A stretch of 64,000 bases of DNA from a plasmid. The number at the start of each line of letters is the position of its first letter. Position 1 is the first letter of the stretch. Of this stretch, positions 47,822-57,876 are shown piece by piece. The notes beneath the pieces are model-generated. The model did no database searches. It saw only the letters and a list, made by a program, of their open reading frames with translations, and was not told where the DNA came from. The DNA is taken from sequence record NZ_CP102839.1; one strand, written 5' to 3'. The position numbers and the translations under genes were made by a program.

Positions 47822-48976
47822 ATGACGCCGCAGCCTGTGAGGCGACGGACGACGATGAACCTGCTTTTATATAAGGCCCCAACGATGATGACTCCGACAT
47901 TTAATGCCCGTATCTCCGGTAATCACCTGATTGCTTCACTGAATGACGACACACCGATTTTTTCCCTCAATGTGAGTGAGGACCCGAGTTTCTGGATCGA
48001 AGGGGGCACGCTGATGGTCAGCCTGAATACCGACAGTAGCCATCCGGTATACCGGGCGCTGGACTACAAAGAGGCAGAACAACTGCTGTCTGTCATTACA
48101 CGGGTACTCAGCGATCGTAAGCCGAAAATAAAGTGGAAGAAAACCCTCCTGCCCGCGGCTGCGCTGCTGGTTAGCTGTTTTGCCGTCTGGCGTTTTGCGC
48201 CTGCAACACCCTCAGCGGGCATGCCGCCGTTCGGACAGGAAGAGCCCCGGAATGCCTCGGAGGAAACAGCCGCAGCGCGCTTCCAGGGACTACCGGAGCT
48301 GCGCAACCCTGCGCCGGGTAATCCCTATTTTGGCAACCACACAACACCGAATGCCGACAATGGCCAGCCGATGCCGACAGCTTCCCCTGTCCGGCCCTCA
48401 GCAACCCGGCCGGTTTCCGTGGCCAGTCAGGAAACGCTGAGCCCACACATTATGCAGAACCTGCAGAAAGCAGCAGGCCGCGGCTATTTCACCGTCCCCC
48501 TGTCTTCCGGACACGAACGGACACTGTACGTTTTTGCCGATCCGGAGTGCCCTAACTGCAAAAACTGGGAGCCGGTCGTCGAAGCATTAGGTAATGAATA
48601 CAACGTGGTGGTCTTCCCCGTCTCTGCGATTGGTAAAGAGAAATCTGTCCGGAAAATCCAGTCTGTCCTGTATCTGGAGACGGCGCACCGCGCTGCGGCC
48701 TGGAAGAAACTGTTTTCGGTTGACGAGGGCATGCTCACCATTGGCAAAAAGAAAACCGGTGACGATCAAAAAGAAGCCCCGGTACAACCCGATTATAAAC
48801 GCTGGAAAATCGCCGGCGAGGCGCTGGCCATTAACGATGTCGCGTTCAGGCAATACCGTATCCCCGGCACGCCCTGGGTCATTGCCGACGACGGCCGCCA
48901 TGTACCGCAGTCAACGATGAAAGATCCGGCCACCCTGCGCGCCTTCATGACAGAGCACAGCAACGCGGAGAACTGA
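47822..48976 (+). CDS. trbB: TrbB thioredoxin-fold disulfide isomerase
   Basis: ...YVFADPECPNCKNWE... is a CxxC motif in a DsbC/G-like context. Confidence 0.6.
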   Translation: MTPQPVRRRTTMNLLLYKAPTMMTPTFNARISGNHLIASLNDDTPIFSLNVSEDPSFWIEGGTLMVSLNTDSSHPVYRALDYKEAEQLLSVITRVLSDRKPKIKWKKTLLPAAALLVSCFAVWRFAPATPSAGMPPFGQEEPRNASEETAAARFQGLPELRNPAPGNPYFGNHTTPNADNGQPMPTASPVRPSATRPVSVASQETLSPHIMQNLQKAAGRGYFTVPLSSGHERTLYVFADPECPNCKNWEPVVEALGNEYNVVVFPVSAIGKEKSVRKIQSVLYLETAHRAAAWKKLFSVDEGMLTIGKKKTGDDQKEAPVQPDYKRWKIAGEALAINDVAFRQYRIPGTPWVIADDGRHVPQSTMKDPATLRAFMTEHSNAEN

Positions 48977-48977
48977 T

Positions 48978-51170
48978 ATGCAACAGAAGCAGAAACCGGT
49001 CGATGCCGCCCGGCTGCAGCGTCAGGTACATCAGAGCATGGTCGAAGAGATGGCGTATCGCACCGGCCCCCTGCTGCTCGCCATTATCGCCATATTTGGT
49101 GCGGCAATAGTCTGGCCTGTCCTTCTGTGGGCGGCCATTCCGGTCATGCTGGTCTGGGTCCCGATGTTCATGCTGAATGAATTCCGAATGCCGGCGAGGA
49201 TGCCAATGGACATGGACAGGCTGGATCCGTCAACGGAAACCATGCGACCCGGCAAACTGCTGGGCTTTCTGCCCGTCACTAAGCTTAACCGGCATATGGA
49301 AAAGGCGGCGGGCGTGTTCTATACCGGATACGAACGCACGCTCGATGGCGGCCGTGAGATATGGCTGCGCATGGATGACCTGACGCGCCATCTCATTCTT
49401 ATGGCCACCACCGGTGCCGGCAAAACCGAGATGTTGCTTGGTTTTGTGTTAAATGCACTGTGTTGGGCGAAAGGGCTGATCTTCTCTGACGGTAAGGCCC
49501 AGAATGACGTCTGGTTTGCTGTCGCCTCCCTGTCCCGCCGCTTTGGCCGTGAAGACGATCTGCGGTTGCTGAACTACATCACCGGCGGCCAGAGCCGCTC
49601 TCAGCGCCTGCTGGAGAATGACAAATCACGCCAGCAGTCCAATAACACGAACCCGTTTGCGCTGGCCCAGGAAACCTACATCACGCAGCTGATGGATTCC
49701 ATGATGCCGGAAGCCGGCAACGACCGTACCTGGCAGGAGAAAGCCAAGGGGATGAACCAGGTCCTGACAAAGGCCCTGATTTACAAAAGCCGCAAGGAAC
49801 AAAAGGTGATGTCGCAGCGGCTGATCCAGGAGTACCTCTCCCTGGATAAGTTCGCGGAGCTCTATCTGCAGGCTGAAGCTGAGGAATGGCACGAAGAAAT
49901 TCGAACCGGGCTGCGTAATTATCTCTCAACCAGCGTGCCGGGCTTTGATATGAGCCTGATCACCAAGCCATCAGAGTGGTCGCAGGAGGCGCGTAACCAG
50001 CATGGTTATCTGACGAGCCAGTACAACCGTATGCTGTCACTCTTCAGCGATACCTATGGCCACGTGTTTTCATCCGGCGCCGGCGATATTGACCTGCGGG
50101 ATGTGGTCCACAATGACCGTATTCTCGTCATCCTTATCCCGGCACTGGAGCTCTCCGCGTCAGAAGCGCTCACGTTGGGGCGGCTGACAACCTCCCAGCT
50201 GGCGATGATCCTGAGCCAGGACCTGGGCGAAAGGATGGAGGGGAAAGCGGAAGACATACTGGTTATCAAAAAATTCAGGGACCGCTTTCCCTTTTTATGG
50301 CTGGCAGATGAGGTCGGTTCGTACTACTCCGATACCATCGGTCAGCTGGCCACCCAGGTCCGCTCCCTCGGCTATGCGCTCGTTCTGGCAGGTCAGGACC
50401 TGCAGAAGCTCAAAACGGCCGTGGGGGATAAGCTCTGGACGCTGCTCGGCAACATGTTCACCCGCATCTTCGGGACCATCATCGATCCAACTGAAACCGC
50501 AGAGTTCGCCGCGAAATCAGCCGGGATGGAATACCAGGCCATTCAGGACAGTATGGAATACCGCGCCGGCGCGATCGGGGGGAGCTATGCCGATACCGGG
50601 CGCGTTACGGTCCAGGAGAAACCGAAACTGCCCTTTGATGAACTGCAGGCTTTAAACCAGGGGGAGCAGGCCACGGTCTTCAAAGGGGCCGTCATCCGGA
50701 ACAACGCCCTGTACATCGCGGATGACGACAAAATCACCGACAAGGACGTCCGCATCAACCGGTTTGTTGAGGTGGAATGGCCAACGTATGACAGCCTGTC
50801 TCACCTGCTGCCGGCAAAAGTCCGCCGTGACCGCCCTCGTCCGGCCAGTATCAACCGCATTATGGCCATCGTGAAAAATGACAAGATCAGGCACGCCCCT
50901 GACAGCATGATCATTCAGGATGGCGTGCTGTATGCCATTGCAGATGAGGCCATGTATTTCGACGAAGTCGCACCCACGCCCCCCAATACAGTCCAGCGCG
51001 CGACGCAGCTGCTCAGCCTCGCCGCCGCTGTACTGACCGAGACCAGAGGCCGTTACCGCGTCGAATACCCGGAGCCGGAAAAACTGTCCGTCAAAAAGGA
51101 TGAGCTGGAAAAATACCAGCACATTCACCAGTCGGCCGTCACTCAACAGGCTGACGGTTTCTCTTACTGA
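48978..51170 (+). CDS. trbC: TrbC/DotL type IV coupling protein
   Basis: Two N-terminal TM segments, Walker A LILMATTGAGKTE. 730 aa. Confidence 0.8.
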   Translation: MQQKQKPVDAARLQRQVHQSMVEEMAYRTGPLLLAIIAIFGAAIVWPVLLWAAIPVMLVWVPMFMLNEFRMPARMPMDMDRLDPSTETMRPGKLLGFLPVTKLNRHMEKAAGVFYTGYERTLDGGREIWLRMDDLTRHLILMATTGAGKTEMLLGFVLNALCWAKGLIFSDGKAQNDVWFAVASLSRRFGREDDLRLLNYITGGQSRSQRLLENDKSRQQSNNTNPFALAQETYITQLMDSMMPEAGNDRTWQEKAKGMNQVLTKALIYKSRKEQKVMSQRLIQEYLSLDKFAELYLQAEAEEWHEEIRTGLRNYLSTSVPGFDMSLITKPSEWSQEARNQHGYLTSQYNRMLSLFSDTYGHVFSSGAGDIDLRDVVHNDRILVILIPALELSASEALTLGRLTTSQLAMILSQDLGERMEGKAEDILVIKKFRDRFPFLWLADEVGSYYSDTIGQLATQVRSLGYALVLAGQDLQKLKTAVGDKLWTLLGNMFTRIFGTIIDPTETAEFAAKSAGMEYQAIQDSMEYRAGAIGGSYADTGRVTVQEKPKLPFDELQALNQGEQATVFKGAVIRNNALYIADDDKITDKDVRINRFVEVEWPTYDSLSHLLPAKVRRDRPRPASINRIMAIVKNDKIRHAPDSMIIQDGVLYAIADEAMYFDEVAPTPPNTVQRATQLLSLAAAVLTETRGRYRVEYPEPEKLSVKKDELEKYQHIHQSAVTQQADGFSY

Positions 51171-51215
51171 TCTTCGGCCGCCTGCCCGGGTGGCCACGTT
51201 CTCAAAGGTATATCC

Positions 51216-51749
51216 ATGTTTAAAAAAATACTGGTAGCAGCCGTGATGGCCACCACACTCTCTTCGTCCCTGTCAGCTATCGCCGCCCCTTCCGTGCAGG
51301 TCGGTTTCAGTCCGGAAGGGACCGCACAGGAACTGGTACTGAAGACCATTAACAATGCACAAAGCTCTGTGCGTATGTTGGGATATAACCTTACGGCTGC
51401 GGATATTGCGAAAGCACTGGCGTCCGCCAGTCGGCGTGGTGTGGACGTTAAAGTCATCCTGGATAAGAGAGAAAACCAGAACAAATATTCGAAAGCCGCA
51501 CTCAATATACTGGTGAATGCCGGCGTGAAAGTCCGTCTGACGGATGCCTATAAAATCCACCATGACAAAGTCATCATCATCGACCAGAACACGGTTGAAA
51601 CCGGCTCGTTCAACTTCACCAAAGCAGCGGAATATACGAATTCAGAAAATGCACTGGTTCTGAATGATATGCCACAGGTGGCCAGCGTCTATCTGGAACA
51701 CTGGAAGTCCCGCTGGGACACAGGACGTGACTGGAAATCGACGTATTAA
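51216..51749 (+). CDS. nuc: phospholipase-D-family endonuclease (Nuc)
   Basis: Signal peptide plus the ...KIHHDKVIIID... HxK(x)4D motif. Confidence 0.8.
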   Translation: MFKKILVAAVMATTLSSSLSAIAAPSVQVGFSPEGTAQELVLKTINNAQSSVRMLGYNLTAADIAKALASASRRGVDVKVILDKRENQNKYSKAALNILVNAGVKVRLTDAYKIHHDKVIIIDQNTVETGSFNFTKAAEYTNSENALVLNDMPQVASVYLEHWKSRWDTGRDWKSTY

Positions 51750-51760
51750 CAAAGGCAGTT

Positions 51761-52012
51761 ATGTCTGAAAACACACAAAGAAAAAATCCCTGCCGTCATA
51801 ACGATGTGCAAATCAGGACGCGCGAGTTTGCGCTCATGCTGGGAGTACCAGAGCATGAACTCGGTGTCGCCGCATCCACCACTAATATATTTCGCGGAAT
51901 ACCATTACCGGCGCCGGTAAGTCAGTTAAAGGGAAAGACAAGGCAGTTCTGGCTGTCTGACTGTCTGGATTTTGCCGAACAGTTAAAAGGAACATCCGCA
52001 GAAAATAAATAA
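51761..52012 (+). CDS. hypothetical 83-aa protein
   Basis: ORF followed by a terminator. Confidence 0.3.
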   Translation: MSENTQRKNPCRHNDVQIRTREFALMLGVPEHELGVAASTTNIFRGIPLPAPVSQLKGKTRQFWLSDCLDFAEQLKGTSAENK

Positions 52013-52017
52013 GCTTA

Positions 52018-52048
52018 GGCCGTCTGATTATTCAGGCGGCCTTTTTTT
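52018..52048 (+). terminator. rho-independent terminator
   Basis: ggccgtctga...tcaggcggcc stem followed by T7. Confidence 0.6.
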
Positions 52049-52517
52049 ATGGCTTGATAGTGTTACAACACACAGTGCTGCTATCGGCAGCGTGGTACAC
52101 TGACTTGCCTATAGAAACAGGGACTTCAATACGATCTTGAATGCGTTCAGGACTTAGCACTGCAGATTTTTTTGTGAGAAATCATATATATGCGATTATG
52201 TCATATATTGCATATATGCGTGGTTTTATTGTGAGCGATCATTCACGGATCTCCTTTTATAAATTGATCCTTGCTACGCAACATGGTAGTTTACAACGGT
52301 TTGTAGGAATTACTTGGGTGGGACGTTCCCGGAATAGCGTCCAAAGGGAAGGGGTGATGAATTTACGGCCCCTGAATGCAAAAACCCCCTGAAATCTGCT
52401 ATCAACTTGGCGGTGGATTCAGAAATCAGGGGGTCCAAAAGCAGGCGCTGGCCTGTGAAGGATTATAGCAAATGCAGATTCTAACACAACCCCCACTCGC
52501 CATAAGTTCGGGCGGGT

Positions 52518-53213
52518 GTGACTGAAACAAGTCTCCATCTTAAAACCCGGCCTACGGGCATACCCAATCAGACCCCTTGCTATAACGTGGCTTCGCGCCG
52601 CCGCCGCCGGTTCCTGAACCGGTTGATCCGGTCACTGGCCACGCCTGCGGGGCGTCTGAAAATCACAGCAGAACTGCGCCGCCGCATCCGGTATAACAAG
52701 TATTGGGTCAATGAGGCAAACCGGTTCGGACTGGAAACGCTGTGTGAACTGTTGCTGGCCATCCTTGACGATCTTGATTTTAGAGACTGGCAAACCAGAC
52801 ACAACCTGGAAACGCTGGCCGAACGTGCCGGCTTGGCCACGCGCAGTCAATCCGGCCATGTGTCGATCTCCCGTGCCAGCCGGGGCTGTGACCGCTTGGT
52901 CTGGCTCAACGCTATCATTACAGAAAAAGCCCCCTTCAATCCTTATGACGCCCGCTGTGCCTGTAAGCACATCGAGGTCACAGAAGATTTCTTTGCCATT
53001 CTCGGCGTTCCGCTCAAGCAGGTTTACCGGGAGCGCGCACGGCTGCTGAACGTCGATCAGAATGAAGTCATCCACTCTGGTGATCAGCGGTTAATTGCGA
53101 TCAAGGTTGAAAACTGGATGCGTAAGGCCGCTGCCGGGTTAGCCAGGATGAAATCAAAGCGTGACGCCGCACGCCAGCTAAAACAAGCCTACTACGCTCT
53201 TACACCCGCCTGA
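52518..53213 (+). CDS. repA: RepA replication initiator (IncFII/IncI RepA family), GTG start
   Basis: ...ETLAERAGLATRSQSGHVSISRASRGCDRLVWLNAIITEKAPFNPYDARCACKHIEVTEDFFAILGV parallels the IncFII RepA1 core ...TLAIECGLATESAAGKLSITRATRALTFLSELGLI... At 231 aa it is shorter than typical RepA1/RepZ. Confidence 0.6.
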   Translation: MTETSLHLKTRPTGIPNQTPCYNVASRRRRRFLNRLIRSLATPAGRLKITAELRRRIRYNKYWVNEANRFGLETLCELLLAILDDLDFRDWQTRHNLETLAERAGLATRSQSGHVSISRASRGCDRLVWLNAIITEKAPFNPYDARCACKHIEVTEDFFAILGVPLKQVYRERARLLNVDQNEVIHSGDQRLIAIKVENWMRKAAAGLARMKSKRDAARQLKQAYYALTPA

Positions 53214-53419
53214 TTGTTCACGCGAACAACCGCCTTAACTGGCGGGAACTCTGCACGTCTGCAATAAAACCCAGTACAAAAAAACACCATCCAACGGAAA
53301 CTATTGCCAGCTACCAGGTGAATTTCCCTGCCGGCAGTAACCGGTTTGGCCACATTTGTGTTGCGATGGCCGATAACTGCTGTATACCTTGTGGGTAAGT
53401 TACAGTGAAGTGCAAACGG

Positions 53420-53520
53420 TTCGGTGCAATTACTCTTTTGGTTTATCTTTTAATTACTTACGTAATATAAAAGATAAAACCAAATAAAAAGACATTACTG
53501 TTATTCCCTTTGAAAAGTGA
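53420..53520. promoter_or_regulatory. putative oriV AT-rich element with a near-perfect palindrome
   Basis: ttttggtttatctttta...taaaagataaaaccaaa inverted repeat in a roughly 100-bp AT-rich stretch about 200 bp downstream of repA. Confidence 0.35.
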
Positions 53521-54119
53521 ATAACCAGAACCAATCGGCGCAAGCGCCTCATAAGTAGCACCCCACGCTCACGCGCGGGGCAAGTGGCTCAGAGCTGAGA
53601 TCTGCCAGCAGGAAGCGAACCCACCACTGAAAAGCGCCGCCGCCCCCGGCCACAGGCCGGGGAACACCATCGCTTTTAATGATGGATGTTGTAACTAGAT
53701 TCCTGGACCGCTGTAAGTTCGACTGCGGTAAGCCAGGAATACACGCTCGTAAGCGGCCCTGACGGCCCGCTAACGCGGAGATACGCCCCGACTGCGGCTT
53801 CGCCTTGTCGTGACCACTCCGACCGCGCACAGAAGCCTCTATGCCGTATTTAGCGGGTATGGCTTAACAGGGCGAGGGATGGGATAGGTAGAACCTTTCA
53901 AAACGGTAACCGGCTTCGCCGGGCGACGGCGCCACTAACCGACTGAGCCCTGCTTAAATTCATCTGGCGCCTCCATGCCGCAAAGCGGCATTCAGAAGAC
54001 TGGCTGCGCACTGCTCGCCAGTCCGGGCCTGATGTTCAATCCGGGGTCAACGGTTCCGGATAAGACCCGCTTCCGGTTAAGATATATTCATTCCCCTGAA
54101 CAAAGGAAAAAAGCCCGCG

Positions 54120-54734
54120 GTGAATCAGTCAGGAAAATCGGCCCATCTGGCGTGGTGTGCCCTGGTGGCGCTGGCCTTAGCCAGGCAGAACGGTGACGTG
54201 GTGTCACCGGCACAGGAAAATCTCTTTCTCACCCGCTGGCTGGCGACCGCGCTGAGACAACGTCGTTTTTCGCGCGATGTCGCTTCCGACATTGAGTGGC
54301 TGCTTAAACAGGGCCGTCAGCTGGGCGTCAATGCGCAGCTGGCCAGTAAGCTGAATTACCTGTGGCATTCCTGTACCGGCGAGTTGTCTGAGCAAAATGA
54401 TCTGTTCCGGCTGAACCATGCGCTGGAGGCAGCGAAGGCTATGAACTGGAATTACCGTGTGTTAAGCGACCGGGAATGGTCCGGCCGGAATGCCGTAACC
54501 CTGAATGCCGGCGTGAACGGCATTTATCTTTCACGCTCCAGTCTCGATGCCGCATTTGACGACGACGGCCGACAGATAAATCCTTTGTTGGTGCGTCTGA
54601 CAGGGAATGTACCGGGACTGGTGACGCTGTTTATCCGCAGTGACTGGCAGGTGCAGCCTGAAGGTGATGCCTCCCTGACTTATCTGCACCGATTGTTGGC
54701 CCGATCGGCTAAGCCGCGCGACAGCGCACCTTAG
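54120..54734 (+). CDS. hypothetical protein
   Basis: 204 aa with no recognisable motif. Confidence 0.35.
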   Translation: MNQSGKSAHLAWCALVALALARQNGDVVSPAQENLFLTRWLATALRQRRFSRDVASDIEWLLKQGRQLGVNAQLASKLNYLWHSCTGELSEQNDLFRLNHALEAAKAMNWNYRVLSDREWSGRNAVTLNAGVNGIYLSRSSLDAAFDDDGRQINPLLVRLTGNVPGLVTLFIRSDWQVQPEGDASLTYLHRLLARSAKPRDSAP

Positions 54735-54766
54735 CCCCACCTTCCCCCTTCGCTAAAACTGTATAT

Positions 54767-54784
54767 ACTGTTTATATGTACAGT
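54767..54784 (+). promoter_or_regulatory. LexA (SOS) box
   Basis: aCTGTttatatgtACAGt fits CTGT-N8-ACAG. It lies where the umuDC operator should be, but it is separated from umuD by the intron. Confidence 0.6.
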
Positions 54785-56705
54785 GTGCGCCGGGAGACCG
54801 GTTAGAGATCAAGGGGTGAAAGTCCCCGACCATTGAAGGACCAGCAATCCACAAGGTCCCCGAGTCATGCGTTGCATACCGCGAGGTATGGGGCGAAGCG
54901 TTGACAGGGGTGTTGACAGGCCAGCCATTGAGCCACGAAATGTATATTAAATTACCGGGTGCCGACGTTGTACTGTTAACGGAAGGCAACATCATAGGGT
55001 GCGATACTGCGAGTGCCACATGGACCCGGCGGGGTCTGAGACCCTGGCATGTCAATACGATCTCTACGCGGGAACCGGGAGATCTCCCCTCTGACCATCT
55101 GCCAGTGTCGGAGATGGCCCGCACCGGGAAGACGAGGAGTCATAGCCGGTGATGTACGGAGAGGAGAAGTCGGACTCGCTCATAGTAGCGGCGAAGCAGG
55201 CGAACAACCCGAAAGGAGCGGAGTCAGTGGAGCGAAGGAGCGGGGCCAAGGGGAACGCGGAACAGCCACACATGCGCCGGACACAGAGCCGGGAAAGCAT
55301 GTCACAGAGGCTGTCACGCGTGCGGGAAGCTGCGAAGCAGCGGAAGAAAGAACGGTTTACAGCATTGTTCCACCTGCTGACAGTCGAAGCACTGGAAGCC
55401 GCATTCCTCTCCCTGAGCAGGAAAGCGGCCGCCGGAGTGGATGGCATCAGGTGGATGGACTACGCCGGAAACATGAAGAACAACATAACAGATCTGCACC
55501 GGAGGCTACATCAGGGCAGCTACAGGGCGCAGCCCGGCAGGCGTCACTACATCCCAAAAGCGGATGGAAAACAACGCCCGCTCGGCATCGCCTCGCTGGA
55601 GGACAAGATCGTCCAGTATGCGCTGGTGAAAATCCTGAACGCAGTCTATGAAAACGACTTTATGGGGTTCTCATACGGGTTCAGACCCGGGCGAAGCCAG
55701 CACGATGCACTGGACGCACTGGCCACAGGGCTGGTACGCACTAACGTAAACTGGGTACTGGATGCCGACATCAGTCAGTTCTTCGACAGGGTGAGCCACG
55801 AATGGCTGATCAGGTTCACAGAGCATCGGATCGGCGACCGGAGGGTAATCAGGCTCATACGTAAGTGGCTCACAGCCGGGACGTCGGAGGAGGGTCAATG
55901 GCGAGCAACGGAGGAAGGCACCCCACAGGGTGCGGTCATCTCACCGCTGCTGGCAAACATATACCTCCACTACGTCTTCGATCTGTGGGCGCATCAGTGG
56001 CGACGTCGCTATGCCACAGGCAATGTGGTAATGGTCAGATACGCCGATGACATCGTCATCGGGTTCGACAAACGATACGATGCCCGGCGCTTCCGTATAG
56101 CCATGCAGCGCAGACTGAGGGAGTTCGGACTCACGGTTCACCCGGAGAAAACCCGTCTGATGGAGTTCGGCCGCTTCGCTGCCGAAAACCGTGCCATCAG
56201 GGGAAAAGGCAAACCAGAAACGTTCAACTTCCTCGGGTTCACGCACATCAGCGGGAAAGATCGCAACGGCAGGTTCATGCTGATACGAAAGACCCGCCGG
56301 GATCGGATGACGGCAACTCTGAAAGCCATCAAAGACGGTCTGCGAAGGCGCTGGCATTACTCAATCCCCGAACAGGGAAAATGGCTCAGGAGAGTGGTTC
56401 AGGGATACCTGAACTATCACTCGGTACCGGGCAACTTCCCCACCATGCAGAAGTTCAGGACACACGTAACAAACCTCTGGCGCCGGGCGCTCAGGCGCAG
56501 GAGCCAGAAGGATGATACGACCTGGACGAAAGCAAACAAACTGGCAGCCGCATGGCTACCAAGGGTTCGGGTTCTTCATCCATGGCCTGTGGAGCGGTTC
56601 ACCGCCAGACACCCGAGGCAGGAGCCCGGTGCGTAAATCGCGCACGCCGGGATCTGTGCGGGGGGTATCCGGTAACGGGTATCCCTACCGCGACAAAGAG
56701 GAGGG
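54785..56705 (+). mobile_element. bacterial group II intron with an intron-encoded RT/maturase
   Basis: 5' end GTGCGCCGGGAGACCGGUUAGAG... (GUGCG consensus). It encodes an RT/maturase. A domain-V-like hairpin with a GUAA tetraloop (gggtatccgGTAAcgggtatccc) lies at 56650-56675. The exact 3' boundary was not determined. Confidence 0.7.
55149..56636 (+). CDS. group II intron reverse transcriptase/maturase
   Basis: RT blocks including ...VRYADDIVIGF... (YADD) plus a maturase X domain. 495 aa. Confidence 0.9.
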   Translation: MMYGEEKSDSLIVAAKQANNPKGAESVERRSGAKGNAEQPHMRRTQSRESMSQRLSRVREAAKQRKKERFTALFHLLTVEALEAAFLSLSRKAAAGVDGIRWMDYAGNMKNNITDLHRRLHQGSYRAQPGRRHYIPKADGKQRPLGIASLEDKIVQYALVKILNAVYENDFMGFSYGFRPGRSQHDALDALATGLVRTNVNWVLDADISQFFDRVSHEWLIRFTEHRIGDRRVIRLIRKWLTAGTSEEGQWRATEEGTPQGAVISPLLANIYLHYVFDLWAHQWRRRYATGNVVMVRYADDIVIGFDKRYDARRFRIAMQRRLREFGLTVHPEKTRLMEFGRFAAENRAIRGKGKPETFNFLGFTHISGKDRNGRFMLIRKTRRDRMTATLKAIKDGLRRRWHYSIPEQGKWLRRVVQGYLNYHSVPGNFPTMQKFRTHVTNLWRRALRRRSQKDDTTWTKANKLAAAWLPRVRVLHPWPVERFTARHPRQEPGA

Positions 56706-56713
56706 TGTATGAC

Positions 56714-57139
56714 ATGCTTACTATCATTGAGCCCCGACCCGACACGCTGCTGCCGGGCCGGCCGATCTATACAGAACGCATTCCTGCAGGTTTTCCATCT
56801 CCTGCAGCTGGATATGAAAAGCAGGATCTGAACCTGCATGAATATTGCGTCAGACATCCCTCTGCAACCTATTTTCTGCGTGTGGAAGGCAACAGCATGG
56901 AAGACGCCCGGATTCACGATGGCGACGTACTGGTTGTCGATCGCGCCCTGGAGCCTGAGCACGGCAGTATTGTGATTGCCGCCGTGGACAATGAATTTAC
57001 CGTGAAGCGACTGCTGCTGCACCCCCGCCCCTGCCTGATGCCAATGAATCCTGCCTACAGCCCGCTCTATTTCGATCCTGACAGTGACACCGTGCAGCTG
57101 TGGGGCGTTGTCAGCCATTCTGTGATGAGACATCTGTAG
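56714..57139 (+). CDS. umuD: UmuD (LexA-like self-cleaving protease subunit of Pol V)
   Basis: MLTIIEPRPD...FPSPAAGYEKQDLNLHEY...FLRVEGNSMEDARIHDGDVLVVDR has the Ser-Lys dyad context and a C-G cleavage-site region. The ORF-track start 56552 lies inside the intron. Confidence 0.85.
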   Translation: MLTIIEPRPDTLLPGRPIYTERIPAGFPSPAAGYEKQDLNLHEYCVRHPSATYFLRVEGNSMEDARIHDGDVLVVDRALEPEHGSIVIAAVDNEFTVKRLLLHPRPCLMPMNPAYSPLYFDPDSDTVQLWGVVSHSVMRHL

Positions 57140-57876
57140 TGTTTGCCCTCATTGATGTAAACGGCATGTATGCCGCCTGTGAGAGTGCCTTCCGGCCTGA
57201 CCTGGCCAGCCGTGCGGTATGTTGCCTCAGCAACAACGACGGGGCGATCGTGGCCCGGAACCGGCTTGCAAAACTGGCAGGACTGAAAATGGGGGAACCC
57301 TATTTCAAAGCGAGGCCGCTTATTGAAGCGCATAACGTGGCCGTATTCAGTTCAAACTACACCCTGTATGCCTCCATGTCAGCGCGTTTTGCGGCGGTAG
57401 TGGAATCGCTGTCTTCCCGTGTGGAGCAGTATTCAATTGACGAACTCTTTGTGGACTGTCGTGGGATGGAAACGGCAATGAACCTGGAGGCATTCGGGCA
57501 TCAGCTGCGGCGTGAAGTGCAACGTCATACGACGCTGACCTGTGGAGTGGGCGTCAGTTTTACCAAAACGCTGGCAAAACTGTGTAATCACGCCGCCAAG
57601 ACCTGGCCAGCCACCAGGGGCGTGGTTGCCCTGACTGACGAGCGCAGACTGCATAAACTGATGGCCATTCTGCCTGCGGCCGAAGTCTGGGGAGTGGGAA
57701 GGCGCATATCAGCGCGGCTTGAAACGATGGGGATCAGAACGGCGCTGGATCTGATGCGGGCTGATACCCGGTTTATCCGGAGTAATTTCAGTGTGACGCT
57801 GGAAAGAACGGTGCGGGAGTTACGTGGCGAAATCTGCTTTGGCCTCGATGAAAACCCGGCAACCAAACAGCAAATT
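57139..57876 (+). pseudogene. umuC: umuC N-terminal fragment, truncated by a Tn1721-like inverted repeat
   Basis: The GTG overlaps the umuD stop (TAGTG). VFALIDVNGMYAACESAFRPDL...SNNDGAIVARN... aligns to UmuC residues 1 to about 245. The frame continues into the IR and stops after a nonsense tail. Confidence 0.75.

Noticed and set aside
50652-51197. 181-aa minus-strand ORF
   Set aside because: It is antisense to the 3' end of trbC.
52632-53075. 147-aa minus-strand ORF
   Set aside because: It is antisense inside repA.
54753-55152. Small ORFs on both strands between the hypothetical gene and the RT ORF
   Set aside because: They fall in intron domain I RNA-structure sequence. It is more parsimonious that this is non-coding ribozyme sequence.
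56552-56713. N-terminal 54-aa extension of the umuD ORF in the track (MATKGSGSSSMACGAV...)
   Set aside because: The extension lies within the group II intron 3' region (domains V and VI). The conserved UmuD start MLTIIEP at 56714 fits homologues.
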